Source of the DNA: Botryllus schlosseri
Taxonomy: Eukaryota
DNA: 64,000 bases
NCBI GenBank assembly: GCA_051294905.1
Contig: CM119377.1
Location: 4,650,001 to 4,714,000, forward strand
Direction of reading: 5' to 3'
The notes under the pieces were generated by a model. The model saw only the letters and a list, made by a program, of their open reading frames with translations. It did not search any database and was not told the DNA's origin. Both the position numbers and the translations under genes were made by a program. Below, one piece after another: positions 61,270-64,000 of this stretch. How positions within the stretch are numbered: the stretch's first letter is position 1; every line of letters starts with the position of its first letter.

Positions 61270-63079
61270 TTAAACAAGCGTGGAAGTGTCGATCGCTCTC
61301 ATAATTTGATTTGCGGCTTTCGCACTGGAGGAGGAACTGTTGTAAGCGATTATGCCGCCAGTGTTTGCTGTCCAATTGGTCGAAGACCCAAGCCGGCGTT
61401 CGCAATATAGCACTTGACAATTTTCGAATACGCTACCGATATCTGTGTCGACTTTCGATGAGGCGTCTGAAAAATGGAATTTGAAAATCCCAAATCGTTT
61501 CTTGATTTAAAGAATCTCTAACTCTGAGATGTGCGCAGGCTAGTGAACAGGCACTTGAGCAATGGAGTTTAAAAATAAGGTTTAAAAACACCAAATCGTG
61601 ACCAGGCACGTTTTCGGGCTGCTGCATCTGCTTTCACACTTCGTTGATCCGAAACTGACTACCTTTTGAAATTTTATTTCGATAGCTGTGAGTGATATCG
61701 CTGTGATCATGATGTCGGCCCAGCATCATCAGAGGGGGTTACTTGACTTTTGCTTTTACACTTCTCTCCTTGGTGGCGTCATGCAATTCTCATACCTACA
61801 GAAAATTACCACCACTTGAACGTAGGGATGGTATGAACGTGAGGTTCACGTTCGTGTTCTGTGTGTGAACCTCGGAAATTTAGAGGTTCACAAACACGAA
61901 CCTCAGTAGGTTCTGCACTGTGAACCTTTTCATATACAACAATTTTCACTTCATTATGTCATCTTTGGCTCAAAGTAATGCATTTTAACTACGGTCCACT
62001 CTATGCATGCATAGCGCTGGCAGCATAAAAAATTAACACTAAACCAGCATGTCCCATCACAACTTCAAAAATTTTACTTGCTTTGTTACGAAATTTTGAT
62101 CGAATTATCCAGCTTTCCATTTGTGAATATTTAGTGACTCTTTGAGCTTGACCCGCAATCACACAACAATAGCGAAATGCACTACATGTAGTCGGCGAAT
62201 TATGCTTATTCAACCAATCAATGAGATTGTTATTGTTGTCTGATGTAAAAAATCTAGCAGGCATACGGGGTCGATCTTGACTTCATGTGTTTACTGTACC
62301 ATAAAAACGAAATCCGCGCGATTGGGGTGTTGGGTACTGCTGCATAACTTGTTAATGGGGTAATATCGGTAGCAAGTACAGAAACCCGTTTTATGCTCTG
62401 CTCAATATCAACGTAGCAATACTCAGACGCCGAATAGATTGTCCGGTCTGGCTTAAACCGTCAAGGCGTAATATTATATTTTCTCGTCGAAATTGTTGGG
62501 AAAGCGACGAAAGATATTGATTACATGGGATCATTATATCATTCGACTGTCCCAGTTGATACATTTGGCGACGTTTGAAACGTCAACTTCAGCATTGTGG
62601 CATTATGTGGCCCGAGTCCACGCCAGGTATCGTGTACATTAATATAAGCTATCACTTCACAGAAATGTAGGGTTGGAATTAGCAATATGACGTCACGTGA
62701 CGTCATGAGGTTCACACCATCCCTACTTAAACCCCCTCTACCTAAACGTCACAAGCAACTCACAGCATTCATAAACAAGCCGAAAGATACGTCAACACTT
62801 CCGGTACTTACCGTAGGATCGAACGGCGTCTTTCAAAACCGCAATACCGCCACCGCAAGACAGCAGTATCGCATGCGGGGCGCAAGTGTCCCACTTGTAG
62901 CTGCCGCTGTTTGTGTACAGGAACAGATCCGACGACCGGTCGGCCACGGTGATGCACTTGTAGCCGGCGCCGCGAGACAAACACTTGTCCATCGCGTCCG
63001 ATAGTTTTTCCACGGTTGCTTTGGCGACAGGGTCGTGCATACTGAGTATGACAAGTGGCTTTCGGTTGCCATTCAGGAT
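61270..63079 (-). CDS. INPP1: Inositol polyphosphate 1-phosphatase, last two coding exons (5' part lies beyond the window)
   Basis: Exons 62812-63079 and 61270-61466 join in phase 1. RGAGYKC...SYKWDTCAPHAILLSCGGGI (inositol monophosphatase-family WD..A motif, INPP1-type) and QVLY...WTANTGGIIAYN, ending in TAA. Confidence 0.88.
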
Positions 63080-63292
63080 CTGCAGAGAAAATACCCAGAG
63101 TTGTCAAATTAGTCAAGTAGGAGTACAAGAATCGTCGTCAATTTTTTCTTGATTGCGAGCGCTTCATGGAGATACAGAAAACTTTAATATACAATTGAAT
63201 AGTATCTTCGATCTTCATACTGAAATGAACCCAAACATTTTCAGGTGACACTGACGTCATGGGTAAAAATCATTAGCCACTAGTAGAGAATC

Positions 63293-63862
63293 CAGGGTTG
63301 TAACCAAGTCACAAGTCAATCTCACTTCTATAGTTTTGACTCGAGTCAAGTCGAGTCATTTTCAATTCACCACCGAGTCAAGTCCGAGTCCAAGTCAGCG
63401 AAAATAGGCTCGAGTCCGAGTCACGGTATTATGACTCGAGTCGAGTCCAAGTCATTGTGTTGACTACTCGGATTCCTGTCAACGTCTTGTTAAACCCACC
63501 TTTTATAACTCCGTTTGATGATATCGAATGGTTCGCATTTATAATATACTAATTTTCCTCACTTTTAGCAGTTCCTGGTCGCATTTTCAAGTACCAGTAC
63601 CAATAGTCGAGATCCCAATAGCGTGGCAACTTTACTATTCTTCGAAATTACAATGAATCGTCGGTCTTCGAAGTCCGAGTCTCGAGTCATATGACTTGGT
63701 TCGAGTCATGCGCAATTACTCGAGTCCAAGTCGAGTCAATACACAGATTGACTCGAGTCGAGTCGAGTCATTTCTGAATTTTGCGAAAATGACTCGAGTC
63801 AAGTCGAGTCATTAGAAAATCGTGACTCGAGTCGAGTCATGACTCGAGTCATTACAACCCTG
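63293..63862 (-). mobile_element. GACTCGAGTC-rich hAT MITE (copy I), inverted, in an INPP1 intron
   Basis: CAGGGTTGTAACC...ATTACAACCCTG; perfect TSD AGAGAATC (63285-63292, 63863-63870). Confidence 0.9.
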
Positions 63863-64000
63863 AGAGAATCGCAAAGAACATCTTATACCAACCGTCGCGT
63901 CACAAAATATGACGTCGCCGGCATGAAATTTCGAATAATCGGGACGAAGAGAGCTTTTAAGGTCAATGTACTATTTTTAGACGGCACATAAACTCATTCG

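Overview
AT-rich, intron-rich animal (invertebrate-type) genomic DNA; the species cannot be identified from the sequence alone. Seven host coding loci can be assembled by hand with phase-consistent GT-AG introns. In order: (1) a 9-finger C2H2 zinc-finger gene (- strand, 11 exons, runs off the left edge); (2) a complete 8-exon G-alpha 12/13 gene (+, 362 aa); (3) an intronless 230-aa ORF (-) whose only recognisable homology is to the C-terminal calcineurin/MEF2-binding tail of Cabin1; (4) TRAPPC2/sedlin (-, intronless CDS); (5) YKT6 (-, intronless CDS); (6) a complete 15-exon NOL11 (+, 615 aa); (7) the last two exons of INPP1 (-). By my hand tally about 18 kb of the window is transposon-derived. 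This includes a full-length hATm-type element with a disabled DDE transposase, many hAT MITEs with 8-bp TSDs (a GACTCGAGTC-rich family, Charlie-type elements, a TAGGCTTACC family), a foldback element, a TA-flanked Tc1/pogo-like element, a tRNA-derived SINE and LINE/SINE 3' tails, several of them nested. The most interesting candidate is the stand-alone Cabin1-tail protein. Family assignments rest on motifs recalled from memory, not on database searches.
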